A stretch of 54,755 bases of DNA from Candidatus Binatia bacterium (GCA_041485125.1 JBGPIT010000001.1:1-54755); one strand, 5' to 3'; counted from the stretch's first letter, positions 43,520-54,155 are shown. Notes: generated by a model not told the origin, from the letters alone. Numbers and translations: made by a program.

Positions 43520-45190
43520 ATGAGCAGAATCTCGCGGATGGTCGTTGTCGGGCTCGACGGCGCCACCTTCGGCTTGATCAAGCCGTGGGTCGACGCCGGC
43601 CTGCTGCCGACGTTTGCGCGCCTCCTCGCCGAAGGAGCACATGCGGAGCTGCGCAGCACCTTGCCCGCGTTGACGCCGCCGGCGTGGACGTCCGCCGCTA
43701 CCGGCAAGAATCCCGGCAAGCACAACATCTACAACTTCTACAAGGTGAGCGACGGCGGCACCGGCAAGCTGCCGCTCACGCCCGCCGACCTGCGCAGCCG
43801 CCGCGTGTGGGACATCGCCAATGCCTACGGCAAGCGCGCCGGCGCGGTCCATCTGCCGCTCACGTATCCGCCCGAGCACCTCGACGGCTTCGTCGTGTCC
43901 GGGATCATGACGCCGAAGGGCGTCGAGGACTATACGTTCCCGCTGGAGCTCCGCGACGAGCTCGCCGCCAACATCGACGGCTACCGTTTCGACGTCGACG
44001 CCGACGCGCTCAAGGTCGGCGACCTGCGCGCGTTCCGTGACGACGCCTTCGACCTGCAGCGCATCCAGAGCACCGAGACGCTCTACCTGATGGAGCGGAA
44101 GGACTGGGACCTCCTGTGGGTGATGTTCCACACCCTCGACAAGGTGCAGCACTTCTTCTGGCACTTCATGGATCCGTCACATCCGGCGCATCCGGGCGCA
44201 ACCGAGTTCGCCAATACCATCCTCGAGTTCCACCAGGTGCTCGACAAGACCTTGGCGTCGGTCCTCGAACGGCTCGACGACGAGACCGGGCTCTTGGTGA
44301 TGTCGGACCACGGCTCGTGCGCGCTCGAGTCGTACTTCCTCATCATGAACTGGCTCGAGGACACGGGCTTCCTCAGCATGAAGGGCGCGAAGCGCTCGAC
44401 CATGAAGCGAGCCCTCGGCGGCATCGGCCTCGAGGCGCGCGGCGTGGTGAAGACGCTCCGCAAAGCCGGTCTCGGCTGGCTGCCGCGTCTGGTGCCGTCG
44501 GGCTTGAAGGCGCAGGTCCCGATCGCGCGCACCTCGTTCGCCCGCATCGCGCCGCACATCGATTGGGCGGGGACACAGGTGTACTGCCCGTCGGCGCCCG
44601 GCAGCGGCTTGCGCGTCAATCTGCGCGGCCGTGAGGCACAAGGCACCGTCGCGCCCGAGGACTACGACCGGGTGTGCGAAGAGGTCCGCGCCGCGTTGCT
44701 CGAGGTCGTCGATCCGACGACCGGGCGCCGCGTCGTCCACGCCGTCCACCGCCGCCACGAGATCTACACCGGCGATCACGTCGACAACGGACCGGACCTG
44801 CTCGTCGAGACGACCGACCCGTACTGCCTGATCGAGGGCATGGGCACCTCGTACATCGTCCCCTCGGGTCAGAACGACGGCGAGCGCACTGGCAACCACC
44901 TGCGGAACGGCATCTTCATGCTGGCCGGCAGCGCCGCGCGTCGTGGCACGCAAACGCCGACGCTCGACATCTGCGACGTCGCACCGACGCTGCTGCACCT
45001 CATGGGGTTGCCGGTACAAGCGGACATGGACGGCCAGGTCGCCGAGGCGGCGCTCACGCTGGAGTTCCTCGCCGCCAACGAGATCAAGCGCGACCAGCTC
45101 GCGCCGCCGCCGGAGATCGCCGCCACCGACATGAGCGATCAAGATCGGCGCGCGATCGAAGGCATGCTGGAGGGACTCGGATACCTGTGA
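43520..45190 (+). CDS. alkaline-phosphatase-superfamily enzyme (type I phosphodiesterase/nucleotide pyrophosphatase-like)
   Basis: VVVGLDGATFGLI, a nucleophile region LPALTPPAWTSAATG and SDHG. 556 aa, no TM helix. Confidence 0.7.
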   Translation: MSRISRMVVVGLDGATFGLIKPWVDAGLLPTFARLLAEGAHAELRSTLPALTPPAWTSAATGKNPGKHNIYNFYKVSDGGTGKLPLTPADLRSRRVWDIANAYGKRAGAVHLPLTYPPEHLDGFVVSGIMTPKGVEDYTFPLELRDELAANIDGYRFDVDADALKVGDLRAFRDDAFDLQRIQSTETLYLMERKDWDLLWVMFHTLDKVQHFFWHFMDPSHPAHPGATEFANTILEFHQVLDKTLASVLERLDDETGLLVMSDHGSCALESYFLIMNWLEDTGFLSMKGAKRSTMKRALGGIGLEARGVVKTLRKAGLGWLPRLVPSGLKAQVPIARTSFARIAPHIDWAGTQVYCPSAPGSGLRVNLRGREAQGTVAPEDYDRVCEEVRAALLEVVDPTTGRRVVHAVHRRHEIYTGDHVDNGPDLLVETTDPYCLIEGMGTSYIVPSGQNDGERTGNHLRNGIFMLAGSAARRGTQTPTLDICDVAPTLLHLMGLPVQADMDGQVAEAALTLEFLAANEIKRDQLAPPPEIAATDMSDQDRRAIEGMLEGLGYL

Positions 45191-45984
45191 GCGGCGCCGC
45201 CGTCTTCTGCTACCACGACTTCGTCGACGACGAAGGCGACCGCGCCGCGATCCCGGCCGCGCATCGGCCCTACGTGCTGACGTCGGCCGAGCTCGCCGCG
45301 CATCTCGCGGCGCTCGAGCGCGCGCCGTTCCGCGCCAGCCGGCTCGCCGACGTGGTGCACGAGCCGGCGGCCGGCCGCTTCGTCCTCTCCTTCGACGACG
45401 GGCACATCAGCAACCATCGCGTCGTGCTGCCGCTCCTCGCCGCGCGCGGCTGGCCGGGCTGCTTCTTCGTCATCGCCGGCGAGGTCGGCGGGCGCTCGAT
45501 GATGGGCTGGCGCGAGCTCCGCGAGCTCGCCGACGCCGGCATGGAGATCGGCAGCCACTCGTTGACCCACCCGTTCATGCACGAGCTCTCGCTCGACGAG
45601 GTACGCCACGAGTTCGCCGAGTCGAAACGGCGCTTGGAGGACGGTCTGGGACGCGCCGTCACGCTCGCCTCGCTGCCGCGCGGCAGCGCGGCGCCCGGCA
45701 TCGGCGCGGTGCTCGCCGAGCTCGGCTACGAGGCATTCTGCACCAGCGAGCCCGGCGTGGTCTCCGACGCGACCGATCGCTTCGCGATGCCGCGCATCGC
45801 GATCAAACGCAGCACGTCGCCGGCGTTGCTGCAGAACGTGCTTCTCGACAGCGGCTTCACGCTCGCGGGTCTCCGGTCGTCCTTCGCGGTGAAACAGATG
45901 GGCAAGCGCTTGATCGGCACCGGCCAGTGGCGCGCCGTCCGCACCGCCATCACGCACCTCGTCGACCGGGTGCCGAAGTCATGA
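45187..45984 (+). CDS. polysaccharide deacetylase (NodB domain)
   Basis: GTG 45187 overlaps the upstream stop (GTGA). SFDDGHISNH and GSHSLTHP NodB motifs. Confidence 0.8.
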   Translation: MSGAAVFCYHDFVDDEGDRAAIPAAHRPYVLTSAELAAHLAALERAPFRASRLADVVHEPAAGRFVLSFDDGHISNHRVVLPLLAARGWPGCFFVIAGEVGGRSMMGWRELRELADAGMEIGSHSLTHPFMHELSLDEVRHEFAESKRRLEDGLGRAVTLASLPRGSAAPGIGAVLAELGYEAFCTSEPGVVSDATDRFAMPRIAIKRSTSPALLQNVLLDSGFTLAGLRSSFAVKQMGKRLIGTGQWRAVRTAITHLVDRVPKS

Positions 45985-45997
45985 GCAGGGCAGGGTC

Positions 45998-47044
45998 ATG
46001 AGCTCTCGAACGCTGAACAGATTGCGATGGGCGACCAAGCTCTCGGCGCACCATCTCGGGCTGCTGGCGCTCTTGCGCCGCGCGCGCCGGCGGGACCGCA
46101 GTCTGGTGCTGCGCTACCACGCCGTTGCGCCCGACCAGACGCCGTTCCCGGTCTACGCCGGTCCCGACATCACGATCCCGCGCGGCCTCTTCGCGGCGCA
46201 GATGCGATTCCTCGCACGCGCCTACACGCCGGTACCGCTCGCGACCATCGTCGAGGCGATCGGTGCGGGCGGCGCGCCGCCGGCCGGCACGGTCGCCGTC
46301 ACGCTCGACGACGGCTACGCCGACAACTACCACCAGGCGTTCCCGGTTCTGCGCGCGTTGCACATTCCCGCGACCATCTACGTCGTCACCGAGACGCTCG
46401 ACCAGTCGTCGCCGCTCTGGATGTCGGAGCTGCGCGCGGCCGTGATGACCAGCCCGGCCCGCTCGCTCCGGATCGAGATCGGCGGCAGCCGTCAGTTCGC
46501 GCTCGGCAGCAGCGACGAGCGGCAGGCGACGGTCAAGGAGCTCACCAACGTCCTGGTCCCCGTCGACCCGGCGCTCCGCCGCCGCATCCTGGCGACGCTG
46601 CGGAGCGAGCTCGACAGCAACGGCGGCGCTGACCTTTCCAACACCATGCTGACCGTGGCGCAGGTCCGCGAGATGCACGAGAACGGCATCACGATCGGCG
46701 CGCACACGCAGACCCACAGCAACATGACCTTGCTCGCGGCAGAGCAGGTGCGTGCCGAGATCGCCGGCTCGCGCGATCGCCTCGAGGCCCTTCTCGGCGC
46801 CGCCGTGCCCGACTTCGCCTATCCGAACACCGGCGGACGCTATCCGCACTTCAACGCCGCCGTCGCGACCATCGTCCGCCAGCTCGGCTTCCGCTCCGCG
46901 GTGACGTCGCGACCCGGCGTGGTCGCCGCCGGTACCGACCCCTTCATGGTGCCGCGGATCGGCATCGCGCCGCGCGTCTATCGCGAGGCCGCCCTCGCGG
47001 TGACGCTCGAGCGCTACCGTCTCTTCGGCACGGAGCACGCATGA
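45998..47044 (+). CDS. polysaccharide deacetylase (NodB domain)
   Basis: TLDDGYADNY and GAHTQTHSNM motifs. 348 aa. Confidence 0.8.
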   Translation: MSSRTLNRLRWATKLSAHHLGLLALLRRARRRDRSLVLRYHAVAPDQTPFPVYAGPDITIPRGLFAAQMRFLARAYTPVPLATIVEAIGAGGAPPAGTVAVTLDDGYADNYHQAFPVLRALHIPATIYVVTETLDQSSPLWMSELRAAVMTSPARSLRIEIGGSRQFALGSSDERQATVKELTNVLVPVDPALRRRILATLRSELDSNGGADLSNTMLTVAQVREMHENGITIGAHTQTHSNMTLLAAEQVRAEIAGSRDRLEALLGAAVPDFAYPNTGGRYPHFNAAVATIVRQLGFRSAVTSRPGVVAAGTDPFMVPRIGIAPRVYREAALAVTLERYRLFGTEHA

Positions 47045-47077
47045 GCCGCGGAGCATGCATGAGAGAAGACGCCTGAC

Positions 47078-49057
47078 ATGTGCGGAATCGTCGGACAGCT
47101 GAACCGCGCGGATGGCCCGCCCGTCACCCGCGAGCTCCTGCACCGCATGAACGAGGCCATCGTTCACCGTGGTCCGGACAGTGAGGGCGTGTTCATCGAC
47201 GGCAGCTTCGGCATGGGGATGCGCCGCCTCAGCATCAACGACCTCGCCCCGACCGGGAACCAGCCGCTTGGCAACGAAGATGGTTCGGTGCTCGTCGTCT
47301 GCAACGGCGAGATCTACAACTCGCCCGAGCTGCGGCGTGACCTCGAGGCGCGCGGCCACCGCATGGCGTCGACGTCCGACGTCGCGGTGATCCCTCATCT
47401 CTACGAGGAGCATGGCGTCGATTTCGTCCGCCACCTCGACGGGATGTTCGCGCTCGCGCTCTGGGACAAACGCCGCCGCCGCCTGGTGATCGCGCGCGAC
47501 TCGCTCGGCATCAAGCCGCTCTACGTCGCCGAGCGAAACGGCGTGCTCGCTTTCGCCTCGGAGGTGACGGCGCTCGTCGCGGCGGGGTTCGGCCGCGAGC
47601 TCGACTACACGAGCCTCCATCACTACCTCTCGCTCGGCTACATCCCGGCGCCCGGCAGCATCTTCGCCGACGTCCGCAAGCTCGAGCCGGGTACCCAGCT
47701 CACGGTCGAGCAGGGCGGGGCACCGGTCGAGCGACGCTACTGGGAGCTGCGCTTCGCGCCCGAGACGCGCACCCGCAGCCTCGACGACTACGCCGAGGAG
47801 GTCCTCGCGGCCCTGCGCGCGGCCGTGAAGAGCCACCTGCTCTCCGACGTGCCGGTCGGCGTCTTCCTCTCGGGCGGCGTCGACTCGAGCGGTCTCGTCG
47901 CCCTGATGAGCGAGATCGCGGGGCGGAAGATCAAGACCTTCTCGATCGGTTTCGAGGACAAGCGCTTCGACGAGCTCGACCTCGCCCGCGAGGTGGCGCG
48001 GCGCTACGACACCGACCACGACGAGTTCGTCGTCCGTCCCGACGCGCTTCGCATCCTTCCGAAGCTGGCGCGGCACTTCGGCGAGCCCTTCGCCGACTCG
48101 TCGGCGGTGCCCGTCTACTACGTCTCGGAGCTCGCCGCCCGCAAGGTGAAGGTCGTGCTTTCGGGCGAGGGTGGTGACGAGGTCTTCGCCGGCTACGAGA
48201 CCTATCTCGCCGGCAAGCTCTCGGCGCTCTATCGCCGCCTGCCGTCGATCGTCGGACGGACGCTGGTGCCCGCGTTGGTGTCGCGCCTGCCGGTGTCGCA
48301 CGCCAAGGTCAGCTTCGACTACAAGGCCAAGCGCTTCGTCGGCGGCGCGCACCTGCCGCTCGCCGACGGCCACTTCTGGTGGAAGGTCGTGCTGTCGGAG
48401 GAGGTGCAGGCCGAGCTCTGTATCGGTCCCGCACGGAACGGCCACAGCGATACCGCAGCGCTCTTCCGCGCCGCCGCCGAGCGCGCCGGCAGTGACGATT
48501 GGCTCGCACGGCTGCAGGCGATCGACGCGCACGTCTACCTGCCCGACGACATCCTCACCAAGGCCGACCGGATGAGCATGGCCCACTCGCTCGAGGCGCG
48601 CGTGCCGTACCTCGACCGCTCGTTGGTCGAGCTCGCGGCGCGGCTGCCGAGCGACGTGAAGCTCCGGGGCTTCGCGAAGAAGTACGTACTGAAGCGGGCG
48701 CTCCGGAACCACGTTCCGGAGTCGATCCTGCGCGGCAAGAAGCGCGGCTTCAACGTCCCCGTGCCGGCCTGGCTGCGCGGCGAGCTCCGCGAGCTGGTTG
48801 CCGATACGCTCTCGCCGGCGAGCCTCGAGCGGGTCGGTCTCTTCGAGTCCGCCTACGTGCAGCGTCTCATCGCCGAGCATAACGCGATGCGTGTTGATCA
48901 CAGTCGCCCGTTGTGGACGTTGCTCGTGTTCATGACGTGGCACACCGAGTGGCAGCGTGCCCGTGAGGCCGCGGCCCGGCCACTCGCCGCTTCCTCCACG
49001 CCGGTCCATATCTCCGCCGCGACTCCCTCGGCGGTGGCCGGCTCCGGAACCCGTTAG
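47078..49057 (+). CDS. asnB: asparagine synthase (glutamine-hydrolysing) family amidotransferase
   Basis: N-terminal MCGIVG nucleophile and the PP-loop FLSGGVDSS. 659 aa. Confidence 0.9.
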   Translation: MCGIVGQLNRADGPPVTRELLHRMNEAIVHRGPDSEGVFIDGSFGMGMRRLSINDLAPTGNQPLGNEDGSVLVVCNGEIYNSPELRRDLEARGHRMASTSDVAVIPHLYEEHGVDFVRHLDGMFALALWDKRRRRLVIARDSLGIKPLYVAERNGVLAFASEVTALVAAGFGRELDYTSLHHYLSLGYIPAPGSIFADVRKLEPGTQLTVEQGGAPVERRYWELRFAPETRTRSLDDYAEEVLAALRAAVKSHLLSDVPVGVFLSGGVDSSGLVALMSEIAGRKIKTFSIGFEDKRFDELDLAREVARRYDTDHDEFVVRPDALRILPKLARHFGEPFADSSAVPVYYVSELAARKVKVVLSGEGGDEVFAGYETYLAGKLSALYRRLPSIVGRTLVPALVSRLPVSHAKVSFDYKAKRFVGGAHLPLADGHFWWKVVLSEEVQAELCIGPARNGHSDTAALFRAAAERAGSDDWLARLQAIDAHVYLPDDILTKADRMSMAHSLEARVPYLDRSLVELAARLPSDVKLRGFAKKYVLKRALRNHVPESILRGKKRGFNVPVPAWLRGELRELVADTLSPASLERVGLFESAYVQRLIAEHNAMRVDHSRPLWTLLVFMTWHTEWQRAREAAARPLAASSTPVHISAATPSAVAGSGTR

Positions 49058-49070
49058 ACGAGAGGCGATC

Positions 49071-50942
49071 ATGAGCATCCAGAGTTCCGTCACCGCACCC
49101 GATCTGATCGGTGCCGCCCCGGCGCCGGCCGAGATCCGTTGGGAAAGCGTCACGGTCGCCCGCGCGACGCCGATCTGGCAACGCGTCGCCGCGCTCATCG
49201 GACTGGTACTGCTGTCACCACTCGCCCTGGTGATCGCGATCGCGACCAAGATCACGAGCCCCGGCCCGGTCACCTATCGCGGCCAACGCGTCGGCCGCGG
49301 CGGCAAGATCTTCACCATCATCAAGTTCCGCACGCTCGAGCTGAACGCCGAGCAGAAGATCGGCGCCCGCCTGCTCGAGCACTCCGACGGCCTCTACACG
49401 CGCATCGGCCGTTACCTGAAGCGCGCCAAGCTCGACGAGATCCCGCAGCTCTGGAACGTGGTGCGCGGCGACATGAACCTGGTCGGGCCGCGGCCGGTGC
49501 GGCCGATCTTCCTCGAGGCCTTCTGCCGTGAGATCCCCGGCTACCTGCGGCGTTTCTCGGTGAATCCCGGGATGACCGGGCTCGCCCAGGTGCGCGGCGG
49601 CTACTTCACGCACCCGCGCGACAAGCTCCGCTACGACCTCATCTACATCGACAACCGCTCGTGGTGGCTCGACGTCCGGCTGGTGACGCTCACCTTCATC
49701 AAGGTGCTGAACCGCTGGGCGACGCTCGGGCTCGTCCTCACGCTGCTCTTCATGTCCGCGGCGTTGGCGCCCGGCGTCTTCCACTACCCGTTCCAGCTCG
49801 ACCTCGGCTCCTTCAAACTCAGCCCGTTCGAGCTCCTCGTCGCGATCACGGCGGCCTGGGTGGCGGTGCAGCGCTCGCCCCGCCATCAGCTGGTGATCTA
49901 CGGCACGGCGGTGAATCGGCCGATCGCGGCCTTCGTCGTCTTCGCGGTGGTCGCGTCGTTCTTCTCGCCCGAGCCGGGGCCGGCGTTGCAGGGCGTCGCC
50001 TACTACGTCGCGACCGGCTTCTTCCTGACGTTCATCATCGTCTGTACACGGCTCAGCCAGCGCGAGGCGAACCAGATCGCGACGGTAGTCGGCCTGTCGG
50101 CGGTCGGCGTCACCTTGATCGGTCTCTCGCAGATCGGTCTCGAGAACCAACTCGGCCACGCCGGCGCACCCCGCATGACGTCGACCCTCGGCAACCCGGT
50201 GCTGCTCGCGACCTACATCGTCCTCGGCTTGCCGTTCCTCCTCACCCAGCTGCTGCACAGCCGCACCCGCGAGCAACGCGACTTCTGGGTCGCGTGCGCC
50301 ACCGTGACCTTGATCGGCGTATTCTTGACGCAGACCCGCATGGGGCTGGTCGCGATGGCAATCACCGTCTGCGCGTTTTTGTGGAAGACCTCGCACCGCT
50401 TCATTGGTATTTTCGTCGTCGTCGGCGTCATGATGTTCAGCGGCATCGTCGCGCAGCACTACCTTCGCTTGTCGATGCCCGAGATCACCGCGGAGGCGTC
50501 CCGGCGCAGCGAAGCGGTGAGCGAGGTGCTCTCGGCGAGTCCGAAGGAGCTGCTCTTCGGCGTCGGCAGCACGCGCCGCCTGGCGATGGCGACCACCGAA
50601 CGCGACGCCGACATCTCGACCAACATGCACCTCACCCTCATTCGACAGCACGGCATCGCGGGCTGGGTTCTCATGCTCTGGATCTTTGCCGCCGCCCTGG
50701 TCGCGCTCTATCGCGGCTACGACCGTATCCACGATCCGCACATGCGGCGGATCGTGTGGGCGATCTTCAGCTCGATGGTCGGATTCCTCTGCTCGATGAC
50801 CGACGCGAACGTCTTCTTCAACGTGACCATCCAGATCTTCTTCTGGGGCATGGTGGGTGTCGGCATCGGCATCATCACGCATCTGAACGGCCGCCGGCCG
50901 ACGTTCTACGTGCTGTGGCGCTTCGGCGAGCACGGCGACTGA
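49071..50942 (+). CDS. fusion of a bacterial sugar transferase (phosphoglycosyl transferase) to an O-antigen-ligase-like membrane domain
   Basis: The N-terminal ~200 aa carry LLSPLALVIAIATKITSPGPVTYRGQRVGRGGKIFTIIKFRTL...DEIPQLWNVVRGDMNLVGPRP (Bac_transf). The C-terminal ~400 aa are polytopic with STLGNPVLLATY, FLTQTRMGLVAM and GVGS. Confidence 0.8.
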   Translation: MSIQSSVTAPDLIGAAPAPAEIRWESVTVARATPIWQRVAALIGLVLLSPLALVIAIATKITSPGPVTYRGQRVGRGGKIFTIIKFRTLELNAEQKIGARLLEHSDGLYTRIGRYLKRAKLDEIPQLWNVVRGDMNLVGPRPVRPIFLEAFCREIPGYLRRFSVNPGMTGLAQVRGGYFTHPRDKLRYDLIYIDNRSWWLDVRLVTLTFIKVLNRWATLGLVLTLLFMSAALAPGVFHYPFQLDLGSFKLSPFELLVAITAAWVAVQRSPRHQLVIYGTAVNRPIAAFVVFAVVASFFSPEPGPALQGVAYYVATGFFLTFIIVCTRLSQREANQIATVVGLSAVGVTLIGLSQIGLENQLGHAGAPRMTSTLGNPVLLATYIVLGLPFLLTQLLHSRTREQRDFWVACATVTLIGVFLTQTRMGLVAMAITVCAFLWKTSHRFIGIFVVVGVMMFSGIVAQHYLRLSMPEITAEASRRSEAVSEVLSASPKELLFGVGSTRRLAMATTERDADISTNMHLTLIRQHGIAGWVLMLWIFAAALVALYRGYDRIHDPHMRRIVWAIFSSMVGFLCSMTDANVFFNVTIQIFFWGMVGVGIGIITHLNGRRPTFYVLWRFGEHGD

Positions 50943-50986
50943 GCGGACGCTCTCGGCAACGACTCTCGCTCGAACGAACGAAACGC

Positions 50987-53080
50987 ATGACAACTGACAC
51001 GAGCACATCGCGCGGCGGCACCGCGTCGTTTGGCCGCGGGCTCCTCGCCGGCGCGGCTGCCGGCATCACTGCGGGAGCGGGGTGGTGGGTGGTCGAGACC
51101 CTCGCGAACTGGGCCTTCGGCGGCGTCATTCCCGCCTCGGTCGCGGTCGCCCTGCTCGGCATCGACCTCGTGATCGGCGCCGCCGGTGGGATCGTCGTCG
51201 GCGCGCTGCTCGCGCTCACGCGCCGCTTCAGCGCCGTCACGCTCGCGCTCGGCATGGCGGTCGTCTACGGCTTGATCCGCATCTACGAGCCACCCGGCCT
51301 CTTCGGGGAGGCGTTCTTCCTCGCGCTCGGCGTCGGCACGGTCCTGATCGGGGCGCGACTGGCCGGACCCGACCGCGACAGCGTCGTCGGCTTCCTCCAG
51401 CTGATGCTCCTCACGACGGCGTTCACGGCGCTCGGCAAGGCGATCGTCGGCGAGGCGCAAAGCGACTACTTCAGCAAGACCGAGCCGAGCGGCGCGACGC
51501 TCGCGTTCCTGCTCGCGGCGCTGCCGCTCGCGGGCGTCCTCGCCGATCGCGTCGTCGGCTTCGTGGTGCGGCGCACCGGCCCGCGGTTCGCGGTCGAGAT
51601 CGCGGCGGGCATCGGCGCAGCCATGCTCTGGCATCATTGGAGCCCGCCGCTCTGGACCCCGCCGCTCGATCGTCCCGCGAGCACCGCAACCGCGCCGGCC
51701 GGCTCGCCCGACGTCATCCTGATCTCGATGGACACGACGCGCGCCGACCACATGTCGACCTACGGGTACGCACGCGACACCTCACCGCATCTCACCGCGT
51801 TCGCGAAGGACGCGCTGAAGTTCGTCGAGGCGCGCTCACCGGCGGAGTGGACGGTGCCGGGTCACGCCTCGATGTTCACCGGCATGTACCCGAGCCGGCA
51901 CGGCGCCCACTACGCGGGCGATTGGCACTCCGGCCCCATGATCTACGGTCGCAAGCGCGTTCTCCCGCTCGGTGACGACAAGACGACGGTCGCCGAGGCG
52001 CTCCGCGACCGCGGCTACGCGACCGCCGGCTTCGCCGCCAATTTCGCGAACCTCGACCGCGGCTTCGGCATGGCACAGGGCTTTCAGCACTACGAGGATC
52101 ATCCCTGGTTGCTGCTCCGGCCGGTGCCGCACGTCATCCGCTTTCTGCAACGTTTCTGGCCCGCCTACTGCAAGAAGCCGTTCCGCAGCGCCGACGACAT
52201 CAACGCGGCCGCGCTCGCCTTCTTGGACGGTCCCGGGCGTGACCGGGCGAGCTTCATCTTCGTGAACTACCTCGAGCCGCACCACTGGCTCGCCGCGCCG
52301 CCGTACGACCTCTGGAGCCGCGATCTGCCGAATGCACACGCGCTTGCGCTGAAGGGTCTCTTCACACACGCGATTCCCGCCGGCCTCGACGACGAGGAGC
52401 GCGAGTTCGTCACCGCCAACTACGACGGCCAGATCCTCGCGATGGATGCTTCGATCGGGACGTTCTTCGACGAGCTCAAGAAGCGTAACCGCTTCGAGAA
52501 GGCGCTCATCATCGTCACCTCGGACCACGGCGAGCTCCTCGGCGAGCACGACATCGTGGGTCACGGCGGCCGCATGATGTACGAGGGCCTGCTGCACATC
52601 CCGATGATCGTGAAGTTCCCCGGCGCCGATCGTCCGCGCGGCGAGAACCGCACACCCGTCCAGCTCGTCGACGTGATGCCGACCGTGCTCACGACCGTGG
52701 GCGCGACCGTACCGGGCGCGGTGCAAGGCGAGCCGATCCAGAGCGTCGACCATGCCACGATCGCCGAGGAGCACATCAACCCCGAGTTCGTGTCGCAATA
52801 CGGCGCCGTCTACAACCGCGCGCTGCGTGCGCTCTACGACGGACCCTACAAACTGATCACTACCTCGCGCGGCGAGCGCTTCCTCTTCGACCTCGCGAAC
52901 GACCGGGCCGAGGTGAAGAACCTCGCGTCACGCGAGCCCGAGCGCGTGGCCCGCATGGAAGAGGAGCTCGAATCCGCGATGAATGGCATGGATCCGAAGG
53001 TCGCGAGCGCGGCCGGCGTCGCCGCCGAGTCGATCACCGGCGTGCGCGCCGCCGATGCGGCAGGGGTGAGCTACCGATGA
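50987..53080 (+). CDS. membrane-anchored sulfatase-like (alkaline phosphatase superfamily) hydrolase/transferase
   Basis: The N-terminal ~220 aa contain multiple TM helices. The catalytic domain follows: DVILISMDTTRADH, WTVPGHASMFTG, VTSDHGE. 697 aa. Confidence 0.8.
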   Translation: MTTDTSTSRGGTASFGRGLLAGAAAGITAGAGWWVVETLANWAFGGVIPASVAVALLGIDLVIGAAGGIVVGALLALTRRFSAVTLALGMAVVYGLIRIYEPPGLFGEAFFLALGVGTVLIGARLAGPDRDSVVGFLQLMLLTTAFTALGKAIVGEAQSDYFSKTEPSGATLAFLLAALPLAGVLADRVVGFVVRRTGPRFAVEIAAGIGAAMLWHHWSPPLWTPPLDRPASTATAPAGSPDVILISMDTTRADHMSTYGYARDTSPHLTAFAKDALKFVEARSPAEWTVPGHASMFTGMYPSRHGAHYAGDWHSGPMIYGRKRVLPLGDDKTTVAEALRDRGYATAGFAANFANLDRGFGMAQGFQHYEDHPWLLLRPVPHVIRFLQRFWPAYCKKPFRSADDINAAALAFLDGPGRDRASFIFVNYLEPHHWLAAPPYDLWSRDLPNAHALALKGLFTHAIPAGLDDEEREFVTANYDGQILAMDASIGTFFDELKKRNRFEKALIIVTSDHGELLGEHDIVGHGGRMMYEGLLHIPMIVKFPGADRPRGENRTPVQLVDVMPTVLTTVGATVPGAVQGEPIQSVDHATIAEEHINPEFVSQYGAVYNRALRALYDGPYKLITTSRGERFLFDLANDRAEVKNLASREPERVARMEEELESAMNGMDPKVASAAGVAAESITGVRAADAAGVSYR

Positions 53081-54147
53081 GCATCGCTCCGTTCGATCGC
53101 GACCAATCAGGTCGCGATCCGACAGGTCGTGACGCCGCCGGTCGCGCCGAGGCGGCGCCGCGCATCTCGGTCGTGATGCCGGTCTACAACGCTGAGCGCC
53201 TGCTCGACGAGTGTCTGACCACGCTCCGCGCCAACACCGACGTCGACTACGATATCTTGGTCGTCGACGACACCTCGACGGACCGCTCGCGGGAGATCGC
53301 GGCGTCGTACGGCTGCCGGGTGATCCCGAGCGGCGGCCGGCTCGGTCCCGCCGGCGCCCGCAACGTCGGCGCGCGCGAGGCGACCGGCGAGATCCTTTTC
53401 TTCGTCGACTCCGACGTGATGGTGCGGCCGGACACGCTGCGGCGCCTGGTCGAGGCCTTCGACGACCCCACCCTCGACGGCGTGATCGCGGTGCAGGCGC
53501 CGGAGATGCGCTTCGGAAACATCTGCAGCCGCTACAAGAACCTCTGGATGTACTACACGTACGCCCGGCGGGCCGGGGAGGACGTGCCGCTCTTCTACAC
53601 CACCGCCGCGGCGATCCGGACCAGGGTCTTCGTCGAGTCGGGCGGGTTCGACGTCAACTACGCCAACCCCAACGTCGAGGACACCGATTTCGGACAGAAG
53701 CTGGGGAGCCTCGGCTACCGCATCCGCGTCCTTCCCGATCTCGAGGTCGAGCACGTCAAAGGCTACGATCTCAAGGGGTTGCTGCGGGTCGACTACCTGC
53801 GCTCGGTGGCACTGGCGCGGCTCAAGCTCCGTAAGCGCGCCGAGACGATCGGGCAGAACGACACCTCGGTGCCGCTCAGCTACATGCTGAGCGTTCCGCT
53901 GTCGGGTCTGCTGATTCTGCTCCTTATCGGTGCACTTGCGCTGCAGAGCAGCACGCTTTTGCTAGCGACTTTTCTCGCTTTTGCCGCCATCATCGTGCTA
54001 AATGTCCCGTTCCTTCGGCTGCTTCACGTGCACGGCGGACTCAAAGCCTGGGCACTCGGATCGGTGATTCTCGTGATCGAGCTGCTCACGGCCGGTCTCG
54101 GCAGTGTCGTCGGTATCGCAACCTTCATTGCTGGACGGAAATACTAG
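53077..54147 (+). CDS. glycosyltransferase family 2 with C-terminal TM helices
   Basis: ISVVMPVYNAE, VVDDTSTD and FVDSDV (DXD). The start overlaps the upstream stop (ATGA). Confidence 0.85.
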   Translation: MSIAPFDRDQSGRDPTGRDAAGRAEAAPRISVVMPVYNAERLLDECLTTLRANTDVDYDILVVDDTSTDRSREIAASYGCRVIPSGGRLGPAGARNVGAREATGEILFFVDSDVMVRPDTLRRLVEAFDDPTLDGVIAVQAPEMRFGNICSRYKNLWMYYTYARRAGEDVPLFYTTAAAIRTRVFVESGGFDVNYANPNVEDTDFGQKLGSLGYRIRVLPDLEVEHVKGYDLKGLLRVDYLRSVALARLKLRKRAETIGQNDTSVPLSYMLSVPLSGLLILLLIGALALQSSTLLLATFLAFAAIIVLNVPFLRLLHVHGGLKAWALGSVILVIELLTAGLGSVVGIATFIAGRKY

Positions 54148-54155
54148 GAGGACTC

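Noticed and set aside
45950-49273. Very long antisense ORF (1107 aa). Similar long shadow ORFs occur at 34841..36439, 49215..51008, 18171..19166, 38512..39735 and 1836..2876.
   Set aside because: All lie opposite genes with clear family motifs (NodB, AsnB, ExeA-like and others). All have Arg/Ala/Gly/Pro-dominated, motif-free translations. Long stop-free antisense frames are expected at this GC content.
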